A DNA stretch of 63,910 nucleotides, counting the filler, from Myxococcota bacterium (GTDB lineage: Bacteria; Myxococcota; Myxococcia; Myxococcales; Myxococcaceae), in assembly GCA_049322255.1 (NCBI GenBank). It is 18 parts of 18 records of this genome, joined end to end, with 100 filler letters (N's around TTAATTAATTAA, not from the genome) between each part and the next. Parts side by side here need not be neighbours in the genome. Positions count along the whole stretch, not along the records: positions 8,867 to 13,139 come from JBMORE010000009.1; positions 13,240 to 17,397 come from JBMORE010000012.1; positions 17,498 to 21,453 come from JBMORE010000014.1; 15 more parts are not named here. One strand, given 5' to 3'. The position numbers and the translations under genes were made by a program. The notes beneath the pieces were generated by a model. The model ran no database searches, had not been told where the DNA came from, and saw only the letters and a list, made by a program, of their open reading frames with translations. Positions 8,991 to 17,790 of this stretch are shown here, piece by piece (position 1 is the stretch's first letter; each line of letters starts with the position of its first letter).

Positions 8991-10874
8991 GTGAAAGAGC
9001 TCTCCCACTTCGAGGCGCTGGCGCGGCTGCTCGAGCTGGAGCGTGCCGCTGAACGCACCCGACTCGCCGAGGAGAAGGCCTCGCTTCCGCTGGGCGAGCT
9101 GGAGGAACGGGGGCTGGTGCTCCTCGACCTGGAATCGACCGAGGAGAGCATCGGATTGGGCGGCCGGGTGCTGGTCACCTTCGAGCGCGCCGATCGCCAG
9201 CCGTTTCGCTCCTCCCTCTCGCCCGGTGACTTGGTGGAGCTGCGCCCACGCAAGGCCGACACCGAGCACCCCGCGGCCGCCGTCGTCTCCCGCGCCACGC
9301 GAAAGTTCGTGCAGCTGGCCTTCGACCGTTCGCCACCCCTCTTCGTGCGCGAGGGCCGGCTGCGTCTCGACCTGGTCGCCAACGACGTCAGCTTCGAACG
9401 CGCAAAGTCTGCGGTGGTGAAGGTAGCGGCATGGGAGAGGGGACGGGAGCACCGGCGCCGCGACGTCTTGCTCGGAGCCGAGGCCGCGAGCTTCGAACGG
9501 ACGCCGGAATTCTCTCCCACTCGCCCGCTCAACCCCGAGCAGCGCGAGGCTGTCGCGCAAGCCCTCGCCGCGCAGGATTTCTTTCTCGTCCACGGGCCGC
9601 CCGGTACCGGCAAGAGCACCGTGCTCGCCGAGGTGGCGGTGCAGGCGGTGCGCCAAGGAGCACGCCTGTTGTGCACGGCGGCGAGCAACGCGGCTGTCGA
9701 CCATCTGCTCGAGCTGTGCCTCGATACCGGGCTGCGCTCCTTGCGGGTGGGCCACCCCGCGCGCGTCTTGCCCCATCTGGTCGAGCACACCCTCGATGTG
9801 GTGGTGGAGGAGCACCCCGACCGCGTGCTGGCGCGCGAGCTCTTCGACGAAGGCTTCGAGCTACTCGGCTACGCCCGACGCCAACGTGCTCGAGGGCGCA
9901 GCCGGCAACGCTTCGCCAAGGCCCGCGCCTCCTCCGCCGAGGCCTACCAGCTCTTCGATGAAGCCCGCGCGCTGGAGAAGAAGGCGGTCGCCTCGGTGCT
10001 CTCCTCGGCACAGGTGGTGTGCGCGACCCTCTCGATGCTCGACGCTCAGGTGCTCGCCGATGCGCGCTTCGGGTTGTGCCTTCTCGACGAGGCGACCCAA
10101 GCCACCGAACCCGCCTCGCTGGCCGCCTTCCTCAAGGCCGAACGGGTGGTGCTCGCCGGCGACCACAAGCAGCTTCCGCCCACCGTCGTCTCACCAGAAG
10201 CCGCGCGCGCGGGGCTGGAAAAAAGCCTCTTCGAGCGATTGCTGGAGGACCAAGGCGAGCGCGTGAAACAAATGCTGCGCGAGCAGTACCGGATGAACGA
10301 AGCGCTGATGGCTTTTCCCTCCCGCGAGATGTACGCAGGAGAGCTGCGCGCCCATCCGACGGTGGCGAAGCGCACCCTCGCCCAAGTCTGCCGGCTGGAG
10401 GCGCCGCCCCTGCTCTTCCTCGACACCGCGGGCAAGGGGTTTTCCGACGAGACCGATGCGCCCACCAAGAGCTTCCGCAACGAAGGCGAGGCGCGGCTTT
10501 TGGCGGCGCGGGCCAAAGAGCTTCTCGACGCCGGGCTGTCGCCTCGCGAGCTCGCGGTCATCGCGCCCTACCGCGCCCAGGTGGCGCTCCTTCGCGAGCT
10601 CATCGCGCACGACGAGTTGGAGATCGACACCGTCGATGCCTTTCAAGGTCGGGAGAAGGACGCGGTGCTCCTCTGCCTCACCCGCTCCAACGACCGCGGA
10701 GAGCTGGGGTTCCTCACCGACCTGCGGCGCATGAACGTGGCGATGACCCGTGCCCGCCGGCACCTGTTCGTCGTGGGCGACTCGGCCACCGTGGGGGCGC
10801 ACCCTTTCTACGCCCGGTTCATCGAGGAGGCGCAAGCCCAAAACGGCTACCAATCGGCGTGGGAATGGCCTTAG
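8991..10874 (+). CDS. Superfamily 1 helicase, Upf1/IGHMBP2-like
   Basis: Walker A HGPPGTGKS; ASNAAVD; DEATQ; GDHKQLPP; QYRM; TVDAFQGREKD; RRMNVAMTRAR. Confidence 0.93.
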   Translation: MKELSHFEALARLLELERAAERTRLAEEKASLPLGELEERGLVLLDLESTEESIGLGGRVLVTFERADRQPFRSSLSPGDLVELRPRKADTEHPAAAVVSRATRKFVQLAFDRSPPLFVREGRLRLDLVANDVSFERAKSAVVKVAAWERGREHRRRDVLLGAEAASFERTPEFSPTRPLNPEQREAVAQALAAQDFFLVHGPPGTGKSTVLAEVAVQAVRQGARLLCTAASNAAVDHLLELCLDTGLRSLRVGHPARVLPHLVEHTLDVVVEEHPDRVLARELFDEGFELLGYARRQRARGRSRQRFAKARASSAEAYQLFDEARALEKKAVASVLSSAQVVCATLSMLDAQVLADARFGLCLLDEATQATEPASLAAFLKAERVVLAGDHKQLPPTVVSPEAARAGLEKSLFERLLEDQGERVKQMLREQYRMNEALMAFPSREMYAGELRAHPTVAKRTLAQVCRLEAPPLLFLDTAGKGFSDETDAPTKSFRNEGEARLLAARAKELLDAGLSPRELAVIAPYRAQVALLRELIAHDELEIDTVDAFQGREKDAVLLCLTRSNDRGELGFLTDLRRMNVAMTRARRHLFVVGDSATVGAHPFYARFIEEAQAQNGYQSAWEWP

Positions 10875-11395
10875 GCGCGATCGACCGGGGAGGCCGCCTC
10901 GAGCGCCAAGTCCCGCTTCGACGTGGGCGAAGCCACGTCTCGTTTCTTTCGGAAGACGAAGAAACGTAGGACGAAGAGTTGGCCGACGGTGAACACCACC
11001 ATGTCGGCAACGATTTTTGCCGCCACGAATGGCACTCCCAGGCGGTCACGCAGGAGCACCACCAACTGGCCGTGAAGGAGCATCGAGGCCCCCGTGGCTA
11101 AGAGAAACCTCAGCGCCGGTGAGGCCAGCTTGGGGTTGTGCTCGCGGAAAGCGAAGTAGCGGTTGGCGAAGAAGGTGAAGGCCGCGCCCACCGCCACTCC
11201 GGTCATCGCCGCAAGGCGGGTGCCGGTCAAAAACACGCCTAGACAGAGCACTCCCATCCCGATGTCGATGAGCGAAGCGACTGCGCCCACCGCCAACGAC
11301 CGCGTGGCCCACGAGCGACAAAGCCGGAGCAGCGTGGCCTTCAATCGGTGGGAAAGAGGAGGGCTCATCGTTGCCGGCGCGTCGGCGAGGGCCAT
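10871..11395 (-). CDS. GtrA-family small membrane protein
   Basis: VGAVASLID...FFANRYFAF...AKIVAD...RFFVF pattern with 4 TM segments; start uncertain (11395 or 11368). Confidence 0.8.
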   Translation of the reverse strand: MALADAPATMSPPLSHRLKATLLRLCRSWATRSLAVGAVASLIDIGMGVLCLGVFLTGTRLAAMTGVAVGAAFTFFANRYFAFREHNPKLASPALRFLLATGASMLLHGQLVVLLRDRLGVPFVAAKIVADMVVFTVGQLFVLRFFVFRKKRDVASPTSKRDLALEAASPVDRA

Positions 11396-11597
11396 ATCAG
11401 AGTCATTCTCCTGGGTGCCAGTCACGCCACCGTGAAGTTCGCCAAACCAACCACGACGTCGGGGAGAAAATTCGCCGACGTCGATGGGCGACGAAGCAAG
11501 CCGTGGACCTCCAGAGCCCCTCAGCAAATTCAAGCGGTTCCGGACGAGGTGCGCGCACCAGGCATCACAGCTGCGCAGGGCTTGCGCGACCGCTCGC

Positions 11598-13139
11598 TCA
11601 GCGACGGCGCCACAGCAAGAAGAGCGCGCCCAGCGCAAAGACACCCACGCCGCCGGCCTGACACCCGCAAGGGCGCGGCGGCTCGACCTCATTCGGGCTG
11701 GCCGCCTGCACCGTCAGGGTCGCCTCGGCCCGCGCCATCTCGATGGGTGGTGCCTTGCCGGTGGCCTCGTAGACTTGGGCGAGCTTCTGCCCTTTGTCGT
11801 CGGTGTGGTTTTGCTCGCGCAAGAAGTCGACGTAGTGCCGGGTGGTCGACTGGAAGAAGAGAGACGCCGAAACGGTGACGTCGCCGGCAACCTCGGGGAG
11901 AGTAAAGTCGAAGGTCGCCTCGTCGTAGTCGCGCACGCCGCCGTCGACCTCGTCGAACCAGCTGGTCCCCACGGGTCGCGTCGCGGCAGTGGGCACGAAC
12001 CCCGCGGGCGGGATGCGGGTGTCCTTGACGATGTAGTCGTGGAGCGCGAGGTGCTCCTCTGGCCCTTTGCCTACCTGGCCGTGCACCGCTTCGTAGACGC
12101 GCAGTTGCGAGTCGGGGAGGAGCTCGGCGCTCGCCTGGTCGTAAGCGCCGCTCACCACCCGGTCACCCACTTTGAGCTGGAGGAAGACGCGTCGGCCATC
12201 GGCGTAGCCGGTCGGCAGCTTGTGGCCGGAGAGGTTCTTCACCCGCACCGTCACCGAGGTGTGCGTCCCCGCTTCGAGGGGCCCGGAGGGAACCGTCAGC
12301 GAGAGCTCGGTGGCCGCGCGCAGATTCTCCAGGGTTGCCTTTTTCGTCTCGGCGAATTGCTCGGCGTACGGGCCGAGCTCGGGGTTAGCAGCCTGCACCG
12401 CTTCGAGGCCCCACACGTTGCCGCCCACGAGCACGTGCCGGCGTGGACCCGTTCGGGTGGGTCCGAGCTTTGCCACCGCCAGCGTGCCGCTTTGCCGCGG
12501 CATGTGGCAATCGGCGCAGCTTTGGGCGCGTAAGCCGAAGGCATAGGCCGACGCCTTCCATTCCTCATAAGTCGTGTCGAGCGGAAAGCGCGGGCCGAGC
12601 ACTCCCCCGTCGGCGTCGCGCCAGGGCACCAGCGGGCTCATCACCCGATGGCACTGTCCGCACAGCTCGGAGGAGCCGGTGAAGGTGCTCTGTGCGCCTT
12701 CGTGGCCCGAGGAGAACTGATTCTCGTACGGGCCGTGCTTGAAGATGCCCGTCTCGAAGAAGAGTTGGGCGTTGGAGAGGAAGGGCGCTCCCGGGACGTT
12801 GGGCGGCACCAGCGAACGGTGGCACACGTCGCAAGTGACGCCTTCTTGGTCGAGCGCGTCGAAGGCGCCACCGTCGGGCGGCAGGGTGTGGCCGCGCACG
12901 AAAGCCTGCGGGGCATGGCAGCGCAGACACCACTGCCCCACCCCGGGGACGTCTTGGTTGGCCACCGTGAGCGCCGCCTGAAAAAGCGGATCGCGCACCG
13001 AGTTCCCCATCATCGACGAGACCCAGCCGTCGAAGGGCATGTAGAGGAGCGCCGGCTCGAGGGAGCTGTCCTTGTCGTGGCAGTTGCGGCAGCGTTCGAA
13101 TGCGCCCGCGAAGGGTGTGCCCCCGTCGAGCCCGCCCGG
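11598..13139 (-). CDS. Multiheme (at least 5 hemes) c-type cytochrome with MYXO-CTERM anchor (5'-truncated)
   Basis: CRNCH (about 13078-13092, upstream of the ORF-track start), CLRCH, CDVCH, CGQCH, CADCH; GHKLPTGY motif; C-terminal CGCQAGG + TM + WRRR. Confidence 0.88.
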   Translation of the reverse strand, partial: PGGLDGGTPFAGAFERCRNCHDKDSSLEPALLYMPFDGWVSSMMGNSVRDPLFQAALTVANQDVPGVGQWCLRCHAPQAFVRGHTLPPDGGAFDALDQEGVTCDVCHRSLVPPNVPGAPFLSNAQLFFETGIFKHGPYENQFSSGHEGAQSTFTGSSELCGQCHRVMSPLVPWRDADGGVLGPRFPLDTTYEEWKASAYAFGLRAQSCADCHMPRQSGTLAVAKLGPTRTGPRRHVLVGGNVWGLEAVQAANPELGPYAEQFAETKKATLENLRAATELSLTVPSGPLEAGTHTSVTVRVKNLSGHKLPTGYADGRRVFLQLKVGDRVVSGAYDQASAELLPDSQLRVYEAVHGQVGKGPEEHLALHDYIVKDTRIPPAGFVPTAATRPVGTSWFDEVDGGVRDYDEATFDFTLPEVAGDVTVSASLFFQSTTRHYVDFLREQNHTDDKGQKLAQVYEATGKAPPIEMARAEATLTVQAASPNEVEPPRPCGCQAGGVGVFALGALFLLWRRR

Positions 13140-13239
13140 NNNNNNNNNNNNNNNNNNNNNNNNNNNNNNNNNNNNNNNNNNNNTTAATTAATTAANNNNN
13201 NNNNNNNNNNNNNNNNNNNNNNNNNNNNNNNNNNNNNNN

Positions 13240-13360
13240 ACCTCGCGATGGCGCTGCACGCAAGACTCGGTACCAGCAATGCGTCTTTTGCTGGACGGGC
13301 CTGCCCGCCTGCTTATCGCAGGGCGTTTTCCCGCTGGTCGACGGCAACTTCGTGACGCAC
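13240..13360 (-). mobile_element. Group II intron, 5' end of domain I (copy A)
   Basis: Minus strand reads ...gacgcgccAT|GTGCGTCACG... (GUGYG 5' consensus), then GAGTCTTGCG and CCATC-GCGA-GGT; identical to 58967-59087. Confidence 0.8.
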
Positions 13361-13427
13361 ATGGCGCGTCCATGCCAGCTGTCGGCTGACGGGGCAATCG
13401 TTCGTGAGCAAATTCCGTACGGCCAGC

Positions 13428-13691
13428 ATGAACAAGTCGTCCACGCGCCTGGGCGCCAAAGCCATTGCCTATTTCCGCGACCCCGCCGTCTCGGTGTGGA
13501 AGAAGCTGGTGGGAGCGGCCGCGCTTGCTTACCTGGTGATGCCGCTCGACTTCATTCCCGATGCACCGGTCATCGGCTGGCTCGACGACCTCGGCGTTCT
13601 CTCAGCCGCGGCGTGGTTCATGGTGCGCCAGTTCAACAAGCACGCGGCCAGCGTCGAGTCCCGACACCAGACGCACGAACGCTTGCCCTGA
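13428..13691 (+). CDS. YkvA/DUF1232 family membrane protein
   Basis: ALAYLVMPLDFIPDAPVIGWLDDL. Confidence 0.9.
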   Translation: MNKSSTRLGAKAIAYFRDPAVSVWKKLVGAAALAYLVMPLDFIPDAPVIGWLDDLGVLSAAAWFMVRQFNKHAASVESRHQTHERLP

Positions 13692-13736
13692 ACGGCGCAC
13701 ACCTTTAGGGTCCGCGTCGTTCTTGGAGGAGTCCGC

Positions 13737-14891
13737 ATGCGCTTGCTTGTCCTTTTCGCCGCCGTCGTGCTCACCCTCACCAGTTGCCGCACCCCTGACA
13801 CCCCCAACAAGCCCTCCGACTCGGCGGCCAACCCTGCCAGCACCGAGCCCTTCAACCCGGCGCCTCCCACCCGGCCGACCGAGGCTTTGCCGCCACCCGT
13901 AGTACCGTTGGATGCCGGCGGGCCCGCATTCCCCACGGAGGCATTGCCTTCGGCTCCGCCACTTCCCGCCGTGCCCACGGGCCTGCCGCCGCTGGAGGAG
14001 CCGGCCACCAACCCCACCACTCCCGAGAAGGTGGCGCTGGGCCACCTGCTCTTCTTCGACAAGCGGCTGTCGAAGGACGGCTCGATGGCTTGCGAGGGCT
14101 GTCACCACATCGAACAGGCGTACACCTCCGGCCAGGCGGTGGACGCGAAGGTGGGCGGCGCCAAGAACAAGCGCAACGCTCCCACCGTGGGCAACATCGG
14201 CTACCACGCGAGCTTCTACTGGGACGGGCGCATGCCGACGTTAGAGGCGGTGAGCAATGCGGCGTGGAAGGGCCAGCTGGGCGCCGACCCGGCGACCATC
14301 GCCACCCAGCTCAACGTGCTGCCTGCTTACCGTGCCCACTTCCACCGCGCCTTCGGACAGCAAGCTACCGCGGAGAACATTCCCCAGGCCCTGGCTGCCT
14401 TCCTGCGCGCGCTCAAGAGCGGGGCGGCGCCCTTCGACAAGCTCGAGGCGGGCGATGCGAAAGCGGTGAGCGCCGAGGCCCGGCAGGGCTTCGAGGTGTT
14501 CAAGAACGCTGGCTGCGCGCTGTGCCACGCGCCGCCTTTGTACACCGACCATATGTTCCACAACGTCGGTGTGGGCTGGGACCCGAAGACGAAAAAATTC
14601 TCCGACGAGGGGCAGAAGGACGCGACCAAGGACGAGAAGGACGCCGGCAAGTTCAAGACGCCGCCGTTGCGCGACATCGCCAAGACCGCGCCTTATTTCC
14701 ACGACGGCAGCGCGAAGACCCTCGATGCGGCCATCGACTTCATGCTCAAGGGCGGGGTGAAGAACCCCAACCTCGACGAGAAGCTCAAGCCGCAGAAGCT
14801 CTCCAAGAAAGACCGCGCGGCGCTCGAGGCGTTCCTCCAGTCGCTCTCGGGCGAGTACACCTTCACCAGGGCGCCTGAGCTGCCGAAGTGA
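13737..14891 (+). CDS. Diheme cytochrome c peroxidase/MauG-family lipoprotein
   Basis: Lipobox LTSC; LGHLLFFDKRLS; CEGCH; RNAPT; WDGR; CALCH; FKTPPLR..TAPYFHDGS. Confidence 0.92.
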   Translation: MRLLVLFAAVVLTLTSCRTPDTPNKPSDSAANPASTEPFNPAPPTRPTEALPPPVVPLDAGGPAFPTEALPSAPPLPAVPTGLPPLEEPATNPTTPEKVALGHLLFFDKRLSKDGSMACEGCHHIEQAYTSGQAVDAKVGGAKNKRNAPTVGNIGYHASFYWDGRMPTLEAVSNAAWKGQLGADPATIATQLNVLPAYRAHFHRAFGQQATAENIPQALAAFLRALKSGAAPFDKLEAGDAKAVSAEARQGFEVFKNAGCALCHAPPLYTDHMFHNVGVGWDPKTKKFSDEGQKDATKDEKDAGKFKTPPLRDIAKTAPYFHDGSAKTLDAAIDFMLKGGVKNPNLDEKLKPQKLSKKDRAALEAFLQSLSGEYTFTRAPELPK

Positions 14892-16537
14892 GGTGGCTTT
14901 CCTTGGCCGTGCTCGCGCTGTCGCTCTCGTGCGCGCGCCGCGTTCCGGAGAAGGAGATGGACAGGGCCCGCGTCTACGTCGCCGCGCGGATTCACACGCT
15001 GAATCCGGCCAAGCCCGTGGCCGAGGCAGTGGCAGTACGCAGCGGCAGAGTGGTGGCGGTCGGCACACGGGATGAAGCACTCGCCGCCGTCGATGATGCC
15101 GAAGTCGTCGAGCTGCCCGGCGCGGTGCTGATTCCGGGCTTGGTCGACGCGCACGCTCATCTCGCCTCGCTGGGCCGCGCTCTCTCCATCGCTCGCTTCG
15201 AGGAGACGCGCTCTGCCGCCGAGGTGGTGGAGCGCCTGGGCACCGCCGGCCCGGAGAGCTATCAGGGCGAGTGGCTGGTGGGGCGCGGGTGGGACCAGAA
15301 CGACTGGCCCGGGCAGGCGTTCCCCCACCGCCAGCTGCTCGATGAGAAGTTCCCCACCACACCGGTATTCCTCACCCGTGTCGATGGGCACGCGGTGTGG
15401 GTGAATTCCGAGGCGCTGCGGCGTGCGGGCATCGACCGGACGACCAAGGACCCGGCCGGAGGCCGCATCTTGCGCGACGAGCGAGGCGAGCCCACCGGCG
15501 TCTTGGTGGACAACGCCATCGACCAGGTGTCGGTGAAAGTCCCCGAGCCGACCACCGTACAGCGGCAAAAGCGCCTCAAGGCCGCATTGGAGCGGTGCGC
15601 CGAGGTTGGCCTCACCGCGGTGCACGACGCGGGAATGGACTTGGCCACCTTCACCTTGTTGCAGCAGTGGGACGCCCTCGGCGCGCTTCCGGTGCGGGTG
15701 TACGCGATGGCCGATGGCCAGGGGCCGGACGCCACCTTGTTCCTCGAACGGGGCACCTTCCAGGGACGCCACCTGACGATGCGCGCGGTGAAGTTTTTCG
15801 CCGACGGCGCGCTCGGCTCGCGGGGAGCGGCGCTCCAAGGGCCGTACAGCGACGAGCCAGGACAGCGGGGGTTGCTCCTGGTGGCGCCGGCAGAGCTGGA
15901 GACGCGTGCGCGCCGCTTCGCGGAGGAAGGCTTTCAGGTGGCGGTGCACGCCATCGGCGACCGCGCCAACCACGTGGCTCTCGACGTTCTCGAGCGGCTC
16001 GAGCACGCGCGCCCGGGGAGCAGGCACCGGGTGGAGCACGCCCAGGTGCTCGCCTTCTCCGACGTGCCACGCTTTTCCGCCGCCGGCATCATCGCCAGCA
16101 TGCAGCCCACCCACGCTACCAGCGACATGCCGTGGGCGGAGTCGCGCTTGGGCTCAGAGCGGCTGCGGGGCGCGTATGCGTGGAGGACGCTGCTCGACTC
16201 GGGGGCCAAGTTGGCCTTCGGCAGCGACTTTCCGGTGGAGGACCCCCGACCGCTGCTCGGTCTCTATGCCGCGCGCACCCGGCAGGATGCGGGAGGAAAA
16301 CCGGCGGGCGGCTGGCAGGCACAAGAACGGCTCAGTGGAGAGCAGGCGCTGGAGGCGTTCACCACCGGAGCCGCCTACGCCTCCTTCGCCGAGGAGAGAA
16401 GAGGAGTGCTCAAAGCAGGGATGGACGCCGATTTCGTCGCCCTCGCGGTGGACCCGGTGAATGGGGAGGCAAAGGCGCTCCTTTCGGCGAAGGTGCTGCT
16501 CACCGTGGTCGACGGCCGGGAGGTCTACCGCCCGTAA
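14888..16537 (+). CDS. Amidohydrolase family 3 (YtcJ-like) lipoprotein
   Basis: PGLVDAHAH; GRGWDQN; KFFADGALGSRGA; HAIGDRA; RVEHAQ; SMQPTH; GSDFPV. Confidence 0.92.
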   Translation: MRWLSLAVLALSLSCARRVPEKEMDRARVYVAARIHTLNPAKPVAEAVAVRSGRVVAVGTRDEALAAVDDAEVVELPGAVLIPGLVDAHAHLASLGRALSIARFEETRSAAEVVERLGTAGPESYQGEWLVGRGWDQNDWPGQAFPHRQLLDEKFPTTPVFLTRVDGHAVWVNSEALRRAGIDRTTKDPAGGRILRDERGEPTGVLVDNAIDQVSVKVPEPTTVQRQKRLKAALERCAEVGLTAVHDAGMDLATFTLLQQWDALGALPVRVYAMADGQGPDATLFLERGTFQGRHLTMRAVKFFADGALGSRGAALQGPYSDEPGQRGLLLVAPAELETRARRFAEEGFQVAVHAIGDRANHVALDVLERLEHARPGSRHRVEHAQVLAFSDVPRFSAAGIIASMQPTHATSDMPWAESRLGSERLRGAYAWRTLLDSGAKLAFGSDFPVEDPRPLLGLYAARTRQDAGGKPAGGWQAQERLSGEQALEAFTTGAAYASFAEERRGVLKAGMDADFVALAVDPVNGEAKALLSAKVLLTVVDGREVYRP

Positions 16538-16547
16538 TTCAAGGCGC

Positions 16548-17120
16548 TCACGGGCGCCAGTCCTCCACGACCAACTCGAAGAGGAGATGGTTCCACCATC
16601 GGCCAAAGCGGTGGAAATGGTCGCGCTGCTCCCCCACGAAGCGAAACCCCAGCTTCTCGATGACGCGGCGCGAGGGGTGATTTTCTGTCGCGCAGCACAC
16701 GGTGATTTTGTGTAGGCCCAGGTCCTGGAAGCCGAAGCGAATGGCCTCGCGTGCTGCCTCGGTGATGTAGCCCCGGCCGCGGTGCTCTGCGCCGCACCAG
16801 TAGCCCAGCTCGGCGCGGTCTTGGCGCCACGCGCGAACGGTGCGCACGACCTCGTGAAGTCCCACCAGGCCGCAAAGCACCTCCTGGCGGTGGAACGCCC
16901 AGACGTAGCCCGTTCCCGCCTGCCGTGCGGCGACGACCCCCTCCACGAACTGCACCGTCTCGCTTCGGTCCCGGTGGGCCTCCCAAGTCATGAGCTTGGG
17001 CAGCTCGGGATCCGAAACGTACGGCCAGAGGGCATCCACGTGGCTTATGTGAAGAGGCCTCAGCTCGAGCCGATTCGTTCGCAGCGTGCGGTCCAACTCT
17101 TCGCAAGGGGGCGTCGGCAT
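16548..17120 (-). CDS. GNAT N-acetyltransferase (RimJ/RimL family)
   Basis: LRTNRLELRPL; AELGYW...RGRGYITEA; NHPSRRVIEKLGF. Confidence 0.9.
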   Translation of the reverse strand: MPTPPCEELDRTLRTNRLELRPLHISHVDALWPYVSDPELPKLMTWEAHRDRSETVQFVEGVVAARQAGTGYVWAFHRQEVLCGLVGLHEVVRTVRAWRQDRAELGYWCGAEHRGRGYITEAAREAIRFGFQDLGLHKITVCCATENHPSRRVIEKLGFRFVGEQRDHFHRFGRWWNHLLFELVVEDWRP

Positions 17121-17239
17121 GTCCGACGTCTACAACGATGGCGCGCGGTCGACGAGCCAACCGCTGGTCATCGCCAGGCGTGAAGCAGATCCACCTTGAC
17201 GTTCTTTCCGACGAGTCTTAAGTCAGCCCCGCTTTTCCC

Positions 17240-17312
<73 letters not shown>

Positions 17313-17497
17313 CTCATTCGGCGAGTCAGGTGGGCGACAGCAAGCCATTTGTTTGTCGAAACTGTCTGCCTGCCGGCGTCAGTATGCTGCGCTACTTNNN
17401 NNNNNNNNNNNNNNNNNNNNNNNNNNNNNNNNNNNNNNNNNTTAATTAATTAANNNNNNNNNNNNNNNNNNNNNNNNNNNNNNNNNNNNNNNNNNNN

Positions 17498-17723
17498 GGG
17501 TGGACGTACCTGCGAGCGCGGCCAGCCGGTCGACGTACGCAGAGGTGTGCACGGCGATGAGCTCTTCGCGGGTGGCCGGGCGAGGAGGGGTGCGGAAGGT
17601 GTTCTCCACCGGCGAGCGCGCAAGACCTTCGAGAATGCACCGCAGCCGTGCGGGCGACTCGGGGTGCATCGGGCCGGGGTCGTGCGCCAAAAACAGCGGG
17701 CCGGAAAGGAGGAGCGTGGCCAT
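17498..17723 (-). CDS. Histone deacetylase family protein, N-terminal fragment
   Basis: HDPGPMHPESPARL...PATREELIAVHTSAYV; runs off the contig. Confidence 0.85.
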
Positions 17724-17790
17724 GAGGCTTAGACAAGCGTAACCGTTTCTTGCCCCCGTCCGATTTCCCTCCCTACAGTCGGGCCCACGC

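Noticed and set aside
8991..10874. SF1 helicase as part of an anti-phage system
   Set aside because: Stand-alone IGHMBP2-like helicase with host-like codon usage, no fused nuclease and no defence neighbours on its contig.
13240..13364. 125-bp repeat as an IS terminus or a sigma54 promoter (TGGTACCGAGTCTTGC)
   Set aside because: GG-GC spacing is 11, not 10. The boundary falls at GTGCG and internal motifs fit group II intron domain I better.
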